A stretch of 64,000 bases of DNA from Planctomycetota bacterium (GTDB taxonomy: Bacteria; Planctomycetota; UBA1135; UBA2386): assembly GCA_947501605.1 (NCBI GenBank), contig CANMWZ010000006.1, positions 64,001 to 128,000 of the forward strand, in the 5' to 3' direction. Under the pieces are notes generated by a model, which ran no database searches, had not been told where the DNA came from, and was given only the letters and a program-made list of their open reading frames with translations. Below, piece by piece: positions 19,901 through 28,176 of the stretch; positions within the stretch are counted from its first letter, which is position 1, and each line of letters begins with the position of its first letter. Made by a program: the position numbers and the translations under genes.

Positions 19901-20286
19901 CGCGCATCGCGCTGCGGATCCAGGCGAGCGGTCAGACCGCCAAGATTCTGCTGCGCGGGCAAGCGCTCCTTGCGCACATGGCCACCGCCGAGTCGATCGC
20001 GATCTCCCCTACGCAGGAGCGTACACGAGATAGCGCCGCAGTCGTCGTCGGGGACGGAACGGCCTTCTTGCTCGGGGTCGTCGACCTCGACAAGGAACGC
20101 GACAAGCTGGGCAAGCAGCAGGACAAGCTGCGATCACAGATCGCGAGTATGGCGGCAAAGCTGGGCAACGAGGGCTTCCGCGCCAAAGCGCCGCCGCAGG
20201 TGATCGCGCAGCAGGAGGCGACCCTCCAGGGCCTACGCCAACAACTCCTCGCCGTCGAGCAAGGCCTGCGCGACCTCGACCACTGA
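16984..20286 (+). CDS. valS: Valine--tRNA ligase
   Basis: PLPNVTGALHMGHA (HIGH), GTDHAGIATQ, ATTRPET, GTGCVKITPAHDPND, DWCISRQLWWGHRIP, DVLDTWFSS, RMSKSKGN (KMSKS), C-terminal coiled coil. Confidence 0.98.
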   Translation: MTTELPAKYEPATLEPAVTSRWREHKAFAAFPDAREHRYVVMMPLPNVTGALHMGHAMDNVMQDLLIRWHRMRGDNTLWQAGTDHAGIATQAVVEKRLKEIEGKTRHDIGREALVERIWEWKEQSQKRIIAQQQGMGCSCDWDRTRFTMDAVCARAVRHTFFKMFRDGLIFRGNRLVNWDCALQTAVADDELYKETVQGKFHYLRYPLHERKPGEPEHVIVATTRPETMLGDTAVAIHPDPAMALRAAIEAQRHKVQGAADKERAVAEQELERLLQREQELLPHLIQIAALAKQGRKITLPLTGRTIPLITDEWADPALGTGCVKITPAHDPNDYQVWQRHRSIGAINVLNGNGTISAEGPYLGLDRFDARKQILRDLQAQNLVEKIEDRTIEIDHSDRSKTIVEPWLSKQWFVHMADVDGGITMGAGTPKQFRSKGLAQAALDAAAGALPALADGNARMQVRFHPDQDRYRKMYDQWLAEKRDWCISRQLWWGHRIPVWRGEMQKQHLLMLESVLQGQLRRDDVAAWIVLPDGSRLSVADALLALKREGAPATVEVQICFRDDTADATTGVVLQGAGLELDPDVLDTWFSSALWPHSTLGWPDPLSARVDPGQPSLGARGDNQSALDYWYPGSCLVTGRDIITLWVARMVITGLYNLGDVPFSDVFLHATILDGKGERMSKSKGNGIDPLDIIKRYGADALRYVVCELQTGTQDIRLPVQAISPFTKDGEPEQLIDLATAKPGPYLGTYIDPVTKQPFDLVGQYGKQGLAPAKAVSDRFAVGANFCNKLFNAARFAFLNLDGASFTERPLASLPLEDRWILSRLAAAHANVHGALSSYNPAAAIAAAREFFWGELCDWYLELVKPRFRDEAPAAERALAQQVLAAVLDQTLRILHPFVPFLTETLWQNLCDLAPVRGIDRELEGSALLVHARWPEHTATWISEEADSDLKCVQQWCAAIREARASYQVAPRTRIALRIQASGQTAKILLRGQALLAHMATAESIAISPTQERTRDSAAVVVGDGTAFLLGVVDLDKERDKLGKQQDKLRSQIASMAAKLGNEGFRAKAPPQVIAQQEATLQGLRQQLLAVEQGLRDLDH

Positions 20287-20353
20287 GCCCCCAGGTCGCC
20301 AAGGCGGGACGGGCCCCCAGGTCGCCAACGGCGTCGGGGCCCGTTGGCCGACC
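20287..20353. repeat. 16-bp direct repeat (GCCCCCAGGTCGCCAA x2) plus hairpin just after the valS stop
   Basis: Copies at 20287-20302 and 20313-20328; GGTCGCCAACGG can pair with downstream CCGTTGGCCGACC. Confidence 0.6.
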
Positions 20354-20513
20354 AAAGACTCCGGGCCACTCACGTGGACCGGAAAGGCCGCCGCCATGGC
20401 CGGAATGGTGGAACCGCGCCCGCCGGCGCGGCTATCCTCCGTCCTCCCGAACGACCCCACACCCGTCGAGCGCTCGACTCCCTGCCAACGTGCGCTCGCA
20501 AGGAAGCCCTCCC

Positions 20514-21494
20514 ATGTCCCTGATGCGCACGTCCCTCGCGCTCGGCAGCCTCCTGGCACCTCTGTGTGCCCAGGTCACCGAGATCCCCGCCATGACCACA
20601 GTGTCGACGCGCGTCGATGTCGATGCGCTGCCGGTGGGCCCAACGAACCTCGATGCCCTGCGCGGCGCCGGCAGCCCCTACACCGCGCAGATCGCGAACC
20701 TGGTACTCAGCCCGAACGTCGCAGTACAGGGCTTCTACAACTTCAACGTCGGCGGCGGTGAAGGCTTGGCGCGCGACGCGACGACCGGAGCCCTCTCAGT
20801 CGTGGCGCCGCTGTCGTTCTTCAACGCCTTCGACGCGACCATCGATCTGCAAGTGCCGGGCATCGAGTTCGGTTGCTCGGTCGGCGACTGGAGCGGTGGC
20901 CTGGTGATCGAGTTTCGCCGCCGCAGTGACAACTCGCTGGTTGCACAGATCAACTCATCACAGTTCGCGACCGTCGCTCCGAAGTTCTTTCAGACCACGG
21001 CACTCTTCGACCGCGTCGTCATCAAGGCCGACAGCGAGACCGGCAACTGGGTACTGACGGAGTTCCACATCCCCGCGAACGAGCCATGGGTCTCGTTCGG
21101 CACGGGCTGCGCCGGCACCGTCGGCATTCCGATCATGACCGCAGTCACTGCGCCCTCGCTCGGCGACCCGTTCAACCTCTCGATCAACAACATGCCGACC
21201 GCCGGCGGTGTCTACATCATGACGCTCGGCACCTCGGTCACGATCGACTCGCAGCTCGGGGTGCTCCCGATCGACCTTGGGCCGCTTGGTGCTCCCGGTT
21301 GCCCGATCCTGAGTTCCGTCGATTCGACGTTCTTCCAACTGCAGACAGCTGGAACGGCAACGTTCACCTTGCCAGTGCCAAGCCTCGTCGGCCTGCTGGG
21401 TCAGCGCTTCACCAATCAGGCCTTCGTCAGCGACGCGGCGAACGCGCTGGGCTTTGTCGCCAGCAACGCCGGTATCGGGACCATCCAGCCCTGA
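20514..21494 (+). CDS. Secreted hypothetical protein with conserved C-terminal ~130-aa domain
   Basis: Signal peptide ...LLAPLCA-Q; C-terminus FGTGC...PSLG...APGC...P.P..GLLG..FTNQAFV.D..N.LG.V.SN. Confidence 0.8.
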   Translation: MSLMRTSLALGSLLAPLCAQVTEIPAMTTVSTRVDVDALPVGPTNLDALRGAGSPYTAQIANLVLSPNVAVQGFYNFNVGGGEGLARDATTGALSVVAPLSFFNAFDATIDLQVPGIEFGCSVGDWSGGLVIEFRRRSDNSLVAQINSSQFATVAPKFFQTTALFDRVVIKADSETGNWVLTEFHIPANEPWVSFGTGCAGTVGIPIMTAVTAPSLGDPFNLSINNMPTAGGVYIMTLGTSVTIDSQLGVLPIDLGPLGAPGCPILSSVDSTFFQLQTAGTATFTLPVPSLVGLLGQRFTNQAFVSDAANALGFVASNAGIGTIQP

Positions 21495-21554
21495 TGTCGA
21501 AGCCGCGGCGCGCAAGCGCGGCCCTGCGAAGCGCCGCGTAGGATCGGCCCGCCG

Positions 21555-22394
21555 ATGCCCGAGCTGCCAGAAGTCGAGACCGTTCGTCGTGGCGCCGAGC
21601 CGCTGCTCGCAGGCAGACGCCTCCTCGCGGTCGAATTGAAGCGGCACGACCTGCGCTTCCCGATCCCGCTCGAGGCGGTTCACGACCTTGCTGGCCGCAC
21701 CTGCCTGCGCATCGATCGCCGGTCGAAGTACCTCCTGCTGCGCTTCTCGGGCGACGGCATGCCGTCGGCCATCGTGCATCTGGGGATGACGGGGCGGTTC
21801 CTCGTCGACCCGATCGGAGCCCGCGCAGCGCGGCCGGAGTGGCGTCTGCACGAGCACTGGCGCATGGACTTCGGCGATCAACTAGTTCGCTTCATCGATC
21901 CACGCCGCTTCGGCATGCTCGACGTGGCGAGGGCCGAGACCTTTGCGACCCACAAGTTGCTTCGCGGACTCGGACAGGAACCGCTCGAAGAGGCATTCGA
22001 CGGCGCCTTCTTGTTCGCGTGCAAACGAGGCAAGAAGGCGAGCGTGAAGTCGATGCTGATGGACGGCCGCGTCCTGGTCGGGGTCGGCAACATCTACGCC
22101 AGCGAGGCCTGCCATCGCGCCCACGTGCGTCCGCGCCGCGCTGCGGGCACCCTCACTCTCGCCGAGTGCGAAGCACTTGCGTGTGCGATCCGCACGGTGC
22201 TCGCGAGCGCCATCGAGGCCGGGGGCACATCGTTCCGCGACTATGTCGGTGTCGGCGAAGAGCAGGGCTACTTCGCGCAGCAACTCGATGTCTACGAACG
22301 TGAAGGGGAACCGTGTCGCCGCTGCCGCTCGGCGATCCGTCGTACGACGGACGCGGGGCGAAGCACCTACTGGTGCGCCGGCTGCCAGCGCTGA
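21555..22394 (+). CDS. mutM: Formamidopyrimidine-DNA glycosylase (Fpg/MutM)
   Basis: MPELPEVE, RRSKYL, HLGMTG, DPRRFG, GVGNIYASE, zinc finger CRRC...CAGCQ. Confidence 0.97.
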   Translation: MPELPEVETVRRGAEPLLAGRRLLAVELKRHDLRFPIPLEAVHDLAGRTCLRIDRRSKYLLLRFSGDGMPSAIVHLGMTGRFLVDPIGARAARPEWRLHEHWRMDFGDQLVRFIDPRRFGMLDVARAETFATHKLLRGLGQEPLEEAFDGAFLFACKRGKKASVKSMLMDGRVLVGVGNIYASEACHRAHVRPRRAAGTLTLAECEALACAIRTVLASAIEAGGTSFRDYVGVGEEQGYFAQQLDVYEREGEPCRRCRSAIRRTTDAGRSTYWCAGCQR

Positions 22395-22400
22395 CCGACC

Positions 22401-23510
22401 TCAGAGATCGATATGGATGAACCACAGGAGCCGCACGCAGTCGCGGCGCGGTGAGTTCTCCACGCGCACGAGACCCAGCAGGGCGCGGAAGACCTCGCGC
22501 GTCGCCGGCGCGCGACCGGGAGGATCGGAGACGTAGGTCGACTCGTTGCTCACCAACAACCCGAGCGGACCGACCGTCCATTCGTCCTTTTCGGCTTCGT
22601 CCCTCACGCGGAAGAGCAACGGAAACCAGATGTGCGTGCCTTCGGTGTAGTCCTCGAGCTGCATGGATGCCGCGTGGGACTCGGTGCCGCGCTGCACCGA
22701 GAATGCGATCGACTCGCCGCGCGTGCCGCGATCGTGGACCATCGCCGCGAGGTCTTCGATGGGCGGCACGGGCCCGCCGTCGACGCGTTCGAGGACGTCG
22801 CCAGGACGGAAGCCCGCGACCCAGGCCGGCGAACCGACATCGACCGAGCCGATGATGATGCCGCTGCGGTCGTCGTCGAAGATCCGCTCGCTCCACTGTG
22901 GCGGGATTCCGCGCAGCACGACGCCGCAGTACGGATGGCGCGTCGTGACCTTCTGCAGCTCGATGCTCTCGACCTCCATCTTGCGTTCACGCACCCCCTG
23001 GGCGGTGAGATGCAAGTCGACCTCTTCCTGACCACGCAGCACGCACAGGACCACGGGGTCGCCGACCTTCAGCTTCTCCTCGCAGAGCGGGATCTGGTCG
23101 GCATAGACGGTCTTCGTGCCGGCGAGCGCGAGCACCACATCACCCACGAGGACACCACCGGCAAGGGCCGCCGAGCGCGGCGACGTGCCGGTCACGAGCA
23201 CGCCGCGATAGGGCTCGAGGCCCCGCTTCTGAGCCGCGTCGCGGTCGAGGTCCGCAGTCTGCAGACCGAGCGAAGCGCGCTCTCGGTGCCACAGGACCCG
23301 CACCTCGAGCTTCGGTTCGGAGCCGTTGCTCGCCTCGAGCACGAAAGTCTCGACCGCGCCGTCGCCGCGATCGTGCTTGGCGACCTCCACGGAATCGCGG
23401 AACGATCGGTCCTGGTAGGAGCGAACAGTGCACCCGGCCAACAGTGTGAGGCAGGTCAGAGCTAGCAGCAGCGAGGCACGTGCACGGTGGCGGAGCAGAA
23501 GAGTGTTCAC
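22401..23510 (-). CDS. Lipoprotein with two PDZ domains
   Basis: Lipobox LLAGC; GVLVTGTSPRSAALAGGVLVGDVV and GIIIGSVDVGSPAWVAGFRPGDVLERVDG. Confidence 0.8.
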   Translation of the reverse strand: MNTLLLRHRARASLLLALTCLTLLAGCTVRSYQDRSFRDSVEVAKHDRGDGAVETFVLEASNGSEPKLEVRVLWHRERASLGLQTADLDRDAAQKRGLEPYRGVLVTGTSPRSAALAGGVLVGDVVLALAGTKTVYADQIPLCEEKLKVGDPVVLCVLRGQEEVDLHLTAQGVRERKMEVESIELQKVTTRHPYCGVVLRGIPPQWSERIFDDDRSGIIIGSVDVGSPAWVAGFRPGDVLERVDGGPVPPIEDLAAMVHDRGTRGESIAFSVQRGTESHAASMQLEDYTEGTHIWFPLLFRVRDEAEKDEWTVGPLGLLVSNESTYVSDPPGRAPATREVFRALLGLVRVENSPRRDCVRLLWFIHIDL

Positions 23511-24499
23511 GACGGGTTCTCCTTGCGACTACGAAACCAGAGGACGCAGAGCACGACTCCGAACAGCAGGAGGAAGGCGTCGTCGACGGCATAGGCAATG
23601 CCCTCGACGCTGCGACCTTGACCACGGATCCGTTGCTCGAAGTGCGACAACGCCGGGCTGGCCATCTCGGGGCTCAGCTCGGCGTCGGTCGCAGCGGGCT
23701 CGGCCAATCCGACCCGCTCGCGGACGGCCGTACGAACGGCCGGCTCGCATATTTGCGCAACCAGCGCACTCGCAGCCAGGGCGTCGCTACCGTCGATCAC
23801 AGCGATGCCGATGGGCAACGCGCCGTTGAGTGAACGCACGTGAACTGAAGCGTTTAGTCCCAGCAGTAGATCGCTGACCAAAGGGTGCGGCAGAACCACC
23901 GCACTTGCGGTTCGCTGTTCGAGCTCCGCGACAATGCCCGCGTAGTCGCGAGGGTAGACCGCAATGCGAGCGTCGAGTGCGGTCCAGAGGCCGAAGGTCG
24001 CGGTGTCGGGGCGGCCCCGTTGATGCAGCTCGGCCATCGACAGGAGCCACGGGCCCGCATCGACCTCGGGCGGTGCGACGCGCAAGCCGTCACCCAACTC
24101 GGCAGCCAGCGCGAGCCGCTCCCAAGACCACGACTCCGTCGACGTCGGCAGAGGCGTAGCGACGCAGTAAGCGAGACTCCAGGGCAGCGCCACCAAGCCA
24201 TCGTACGACCGACGCAACGAAACGGACGCAGAGCCGAGCTCCTGGGGTAGCGGCGCAAAGGGATGGAGTGGCTGCAGCCGTTGCAGCAGGAGCCAGTCGC
24301 CGACCACCACGCTGCCCGCTTCGCAGCGAATCGCTGAGGGTGCCGAGGTCGTGACGATGGCGCTCTTGCCCAATTGGTCTCTGAGGGCGCGGGCGACCCG
24401 TTCACAAACCGGTTCGGGCAGCACAACCTCCACTGCGACCTGCGCGCCGAGCGGCGCCCACAGTGCCATCATCATCGCCGCATGTGCGAGCCCGTTCAC
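23507..24499 (-). CDS. Hypothetical exported protein, distantly solute-binding-protein-like, with C-terminal TM
   Basis: GTGA overlaps with both neighbours; signal-like N-terminus; C-terminal FLLLFGVVLCVLWF. Confidence 0.6.
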   Translation of the reverse strand: MNGLAHAAMMMALWAPLGAQVAVEVVLPEPVCERVARALRDQLGKSAIVTTSAPSAIRCEAGSVVVGDWLLLQRLQPLHPFAPLPQELGSASVSLRRSYDGLVALPWSLAYCVATPLPTSTESWSWERLALAAELGDGLRVAPPEVDAGPWLLSMAELHQRGRPDTATFGLWTALDARIAVYPRDYAGIVAELEQRTASAVVLPHPLVSDLLLGLNASVHVRSLNGALPIGIAVIDGSDALAASALVAQICEPAVRTAVRERVGLAEPAATDAELSPEMASPALSHFEQRIRGQGRSVEGIAYAVDDAFLLLFGVVLCVLWFRSRKENPS

Positions 24500-25686
24500 G
24501 ACCGGCCCTCGCGGACAAAGAACCGGATGGCCAAGTAGGACACCAGTTGGCAGCCGGCGGCAGCGTAGAGCACGCTCTGAAACCAGCCTTCGCCTTCGGT
24601 CGGGACCAGTTGGGCGAAGGCGAACACGCCAAACTGCATCATGAAGGCACGTACCCCCATCAACGTCGCCAGCTGGTAGCTCGGGACGAGGCCGGAGGTC
24701 AGAGCCTGCAGCGGCCCCGTTCTGGCCGAGGAGATGAGTGCCAGCGCGATTCCAAGCGGCGCCAGCGTTGCGAGCGTGTCGGCACGCACGATCAGCAGGA
24801 AGCACGCGATCAGCAACGTCGAGGTGAGCATGACGAAGTTGCGCTTGCCGATGCGGTCAGCCACCCGCCCAAAGGCGAAGCTACCAATCGCCGCGCACAG
24901 CCCGAGCCATACCCACACCCATCCCTGTTGGTCCTTGGGCACGAGCGCCGGGCGATCCAGCCACCTGCTGCTGAGCTGCACAGTCGTGAAGAACGAGCCA
25001 TTGTGCAACATCACCGCTACGAGCGCCGCGAGTACCGGCCCCTGTTTCACGATGTCGCGCGGGTCGACCCACCGTCCACTACTCCGGCGCTCGGGCACAA
25101 ACCGCATCGCGCCAACCGCACCGAGGAACCCAATCGCGCCCTGCAACCAGAAGATGGCCGGCCAGTGCCCGACGCTCGCAAACCACCACGCCAGCGGTAG
25201 CCCTAGCGGCAGCGCCAAGAACATGCCCGCCGTGAACACCCCCATCGCCGCGCCGCGCCGCTGATAGGGGACAATCTCAGCTGCAAGCGCCGATGCACAG
25301 GCGTAGGCAACCCCGACTGCGGCGCCAGAGATCGTCCGCGCAACGAGCAGCATGACGTAACTCTCGGCGAGGCCGTGCAGCGCACTCGCAACGGCAAACG
25401 CCAACATGCCGACCACCAGCATGCGCTTGCGGCCGAGGCGATCTGCAAAGGGGCCGGCCACCAGCGCACCGATCCCGGAGGCCAGCGCCGCGGCGGCCAA
25501 CAGCGTCTTCTCGCCACTGCCGGGAGCTGCGAGTTCTGCGGGCAGGAACGGCAACAGCGCACCGAGGACCAACGTGTTCAGGTTCAGGGCGAACGCAGCA
25601 AGAGCCAACGAAGCGATGGCGAGCCGTTCTACCCCGCGGGGCAGCTCGATGTCGGGCGCGGCGGCGCTGGGCGAAGAAGTCGTCAA
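24496..25686 (-). CDS. MFS transporter
   Basis: Motif A twice (GPFADRLGRKRML; GRVADRIGKRNF), about 12 TM segments. Confidence 0.93.
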   Translation of the reverse strand: MTTSSPSAAAPDIELPRGVERLAIASLALAAFALNLNTLVLGALLPFLPAELAAPGSGEKTLLAAAALASGIGALVAGPFADRLGRKRMLVVGMLAFAVASALHGLAESYVMLLVARTISGAAVGVAYACASALAAEIVPYQRRGAAMGVFTAGMFLALPLGLPLAWWFASVGHWPAIFWLQGAIGFLGAVGAMRFVPERRSSGRWVDPRDIVKQGPVLAALVAVMLHNGSFFTTVQLSSRWLDRPALVPKDQQGWVWVWLGLCAAIGSFAFGRVADRIGKRNFVMLTSTLLIACFLLIVRADTLATLAPLGIALALISSARTGPLQALTSGLVPSYQLATLMGVRAFMMQFGVFAFAQLVPTEGEGWFQSVLYAAAGCQLVSYLAIRFFVREGRS

Positions 25687-25803
25687 GGCGCGCCATCATG
25701 GCTGTCACCTGCGCTCCCGCAAACAACTGGGCGGCTCGTTGCGGACAGTGGGCAATCGCCGCCGCGTTGCTAGACTGCGGCCCCGTTTCGTCGTGGAGGT
25801 TCG

Positions 25804-27141
25804 TTGAAGATCGCGATTCTTGGCGGAGGCATCTCCGGCACCGCTCTCGCTCGCATGCTCGCAGCCGACGGTCACCGTGTGACGGTGCTCGAGGCGGCGG
25901 CACGCCCAGGTGGCCTTTGCCGCAGCCGCAAGTACGGCGAGTTCACGTTCGACGAGGCCGGCGGACACATCTTGTTCAGCAAGGACAAGAAGGCCCTCGA
26001 CTGGCAGCTTGACCGCTGCGGCGGTGAGGCGGGGACCATGCGCGTCGAGCGCAACACCAAGATCCGCTGGCACGACCGCTGGGTGCCGTATCCGTTCGAG
26101 AACGGCGTCGGGCATCTCACGCAAGACGCGATCGTCGCCTGCATGAAGGGCTACATCGACGCCCACGTCGAGCGCCGCCTCGGCGTGCCGTGCCCGCCGA
26201 ACTTCCGCGACTGGATCCACTGGCGCATGGGTGCCGGCTTCGCCGAGCACTTCATGGTTCCGTACAACGAGAAGATCTGGAAGTGCGACCTCGCCACGAT
26301 GGCCAGCGGGTGGGTTGCCGGGCGCGTCCCCGAAGCGCCCATCGACGACGTGCTGCGGTCAGCCCTCGGTCAGGCCACCCAGGGCTACACCCATCAGTCG
26401 ATCTTCTGGTTTCCCAAGCACGGCGGTTTCGAGTCGATGGTCCGCGGCACGGTCGAGCAGGGTGGCTTCGACCTTCAGTGCGGCGTGCGCGTGAAATCGG
26501 TGCGCAAAGACGGAGCGAAGTTCTCGGTCGACGGCGAGTCCTTCGACCTGGTCGTCAACACGGTGCCGCTACCGCAGATCGAGGGCGCCATCGAAGGGAT
26601 CCCGGCGGAGATTCGCGCCGACATCCGGGCGATGGTCCCCATCTCGCTGATCAACGTGATGATCGGCGTGAAGCTCGACGAGCCGATGCCGCCGCTCAGT
26701 TGGATCTACCTGCCGTTCGCTGACCAAGGTCCGACCAACCGCGTCACCTACTACAGCAACTACTCGCCGAACAACGCCCCTGCGGGTCACGGCTCCTTCC
26801 TCGCCGAGGTCACCTACCGTGGCAAGCTCGTGCCCGACGCGGCCTGGATGGAGCACGTCCTCAAAGGACTTGCGCGCGCCGGTATTCTGCGGCGCGAACA
26901 GGTCGTCTTGGCGGAGTGGTGCGACAACACCTTTGCCTACATCGACCAGAACCTCGAGTTCGCGGCTCGCGTCGGCCGGGTTCGCAGTTGGTTTGACCAA
27001 TCGGGCTACATCACCTTCGGTCGCTTCGGACGGTACGAGTACCACAACAGCGACCAGTGCGTTGCGAGGGCGATGGAAGTGCACGCCCACATCCGCGAAA
27101 TCGCCGCCTCCGGCGCCCCAGCTCGCCCGGCCTTTCGCTGA
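25804..27141 (+). CDS. FAD-dependent oxidoreductase (UDP-galactopyranose mutase / protoporphyrinogen oxidase-like)
   Basis: GGGISG, EAAARPGGLCRS, FDEAGGHILFS, PYNEKIW, GRFGRYEYHNSDQ. Confidence 0.85.
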   Translation: MKIAILGGGISGTALARMLAADGHRVTVLEAAARPGGLCRSRKYGEFTFDEAGGHILFSKDKKALDWQLDRCGGEAGTMRVERNTKIRWHDRWVPYPFENGVGHLTQDAIVACMKGYIDAHVERRLGVPCPPNFRDWIHWRMGAGFAEHFMVPYNEKIWKCDLATMASGWVAGRVPEAPIDDVLRSALGQATQGYTHQSIFWFPKHGGFESMVRGTVEQGGFDLQCGVRVKSVRKDGAKFSVDGESFDLVVNTVPLPQIEGAIEGIPAEIRADIRAMVPISLINVMIGVKLDEPMPPLSWIYLPFADQGPTNRVTYYSNYSPNNAPAGHGSFLAEVTYRGKLVPDAAWMEHVLKGLARAGILRREQVVLAEWCDNTFAYIDQNLEFAARVGRVRSWFDQSGYITFGRFGRYEYHNSDQCVARAMEVHAHIREIAASGAPARPAFR

Positions 27142-27258
27142 CAGCCGAACCACGGCTCGCAACCCTGAGGGCAGGGTCCTCGCGTTTTCGCAGGTCGAAG
27201 GGAACACGAAGCAGCAGCCGGAGCGTCCGAGATGCGCCTGCCGAGCTCATGCCGCTTG

Positions 27259-27432
27259 GTAGGGCTCTTTGCCTGTCCTTGGATTCCTGTTGGGTCGCTG
27301 GATGCCAGAGGGTGCCGCGAATCAGAGGGGTCTGTTCCGGGATGCATAGCCCAGGTTCCTTTGGTCGATCAGCGAGTCGATCAAGGTCCCGGTGGCTCGA
27401 CGAGGTTCGAGGACAGGCAAAACTCTCCCTGC
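27259..27432 (+). ncRNA. ssrS: Probable 6S RNA (rod-like hairpin with central bubble)
   Basis: TTTGCCTGTCCT (27268-27279) pairs with AGGACAGGCAAA (27410-27421); GTTGGGTCGCTGG pairs with CCGGTGGCTCGAC via G-U pairs (favouring the + strand); central bubble; inner stem ATCAGAGGGGTCT/AGGTTCCTTTGGT; intergenic, ~175 nt. Confidence 0.7.
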
Positions 27433-27465
27433 GATGCGCGGTGTGCGAGCCCGCGCAAGTCTCCC

Positions 27466-27509
27466 AGCGGAGCGCACCGCCCCATGCTGGTGCGCTCCGC
27501 TTCTTTTTT
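27466..27509 (+). terminator. Rho-independent terminator
   Basis: AGCGGAGCGCACC-loop-GGTGCGCTCCGCT followed by TCTTTTTT. Confidence 0.88.
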
Positions 27510-27824
27510 GCGCGCTGCCTTGGCAGGCCGTTCTTGCTTGCTGCATCGGCAGCGGGCCGCAGCGAGCCGTCCCGCGCCTGCGCCACGCGCTGCCACGCTG
27601 GACCAACGAGCCCCGCTGCGTGCTTCACGGCCTGCCACCACGCGAGGATTTTGTGGGCCAACAGGTTACGTCGCGGCGCGAACTCGGTAGCCTCCCGCGC
27701 CAGCCGACGGCTGTCTGCGCCCCGCCAACGTGTCGCCACCGGCCCCTTCCGACCGCATGCACACACCATCCTCCGGTCCGGGTCCGTCCGTTCGCATCAC
27801 CCCACTGATCCACCAGGACCAGGC

Positions 27825-28145
27825 GTGAGTGATCCCAGCGACCGCCTCGGCCGCGACCGCATCCCACGCGATGCGGTCCAGCGCGCATGGGCGCAGCGCG
27901 GATTCAGCTGCGAACTCTGGGTCGACCCGCCAGAGACCGTCTGGGAGGGCTTCGTCCACGACACGGATGAGTTGGTCCTTCTGCTCGACGGATCCCTGCT
28001 GATCGAGTTCGACGGGCGCGCATTGCGGCTCGAGCCCGGCGATGAACTACGGATCCCGGCTGGCACCAAGCACACGGTGCGAAATCTCGGCGGCACGACC
28101 GTGCGCTGGCTCTACGGCTACCCGGTGAACGAGCAGGCTGGCTGA
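27825..28145 (+). CDS. Cupin domain protein
   Basis: FVHDTDELVLLLDG...LEPGDELRIPAGTKHTVRN cupin motifs; GTG start inferred. Confidence 0.85.
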   Translation: MSDPSDRLGRDRIPRDAVQRAWAQRGFSCELWVDPPETVWEGFVHDTDELVLLLDGSLLIEFDGRALRLEPGDELRIPAGTKHTVRNLGGTTVRWLYGYPVNEQAG

Positions 28146-28176
28146 AGCGCGGGATCCCGCGGCAGCCGACCGTCCC

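Noticed and set aside
20381..20410. GAAAG(G)CCGCCGCCATGG similarity with 63136-63162
   Set aside because: Short, low-complexity GC-rich match; not convincing as a repeat.
27185..27225. CAGGTCGAAGGGAACACGAAGCAGC resembles the SRP RNA core
   Set aside because: It lacks the GNRA-capped symmetric helix-8 geometry and the long flanking stem.
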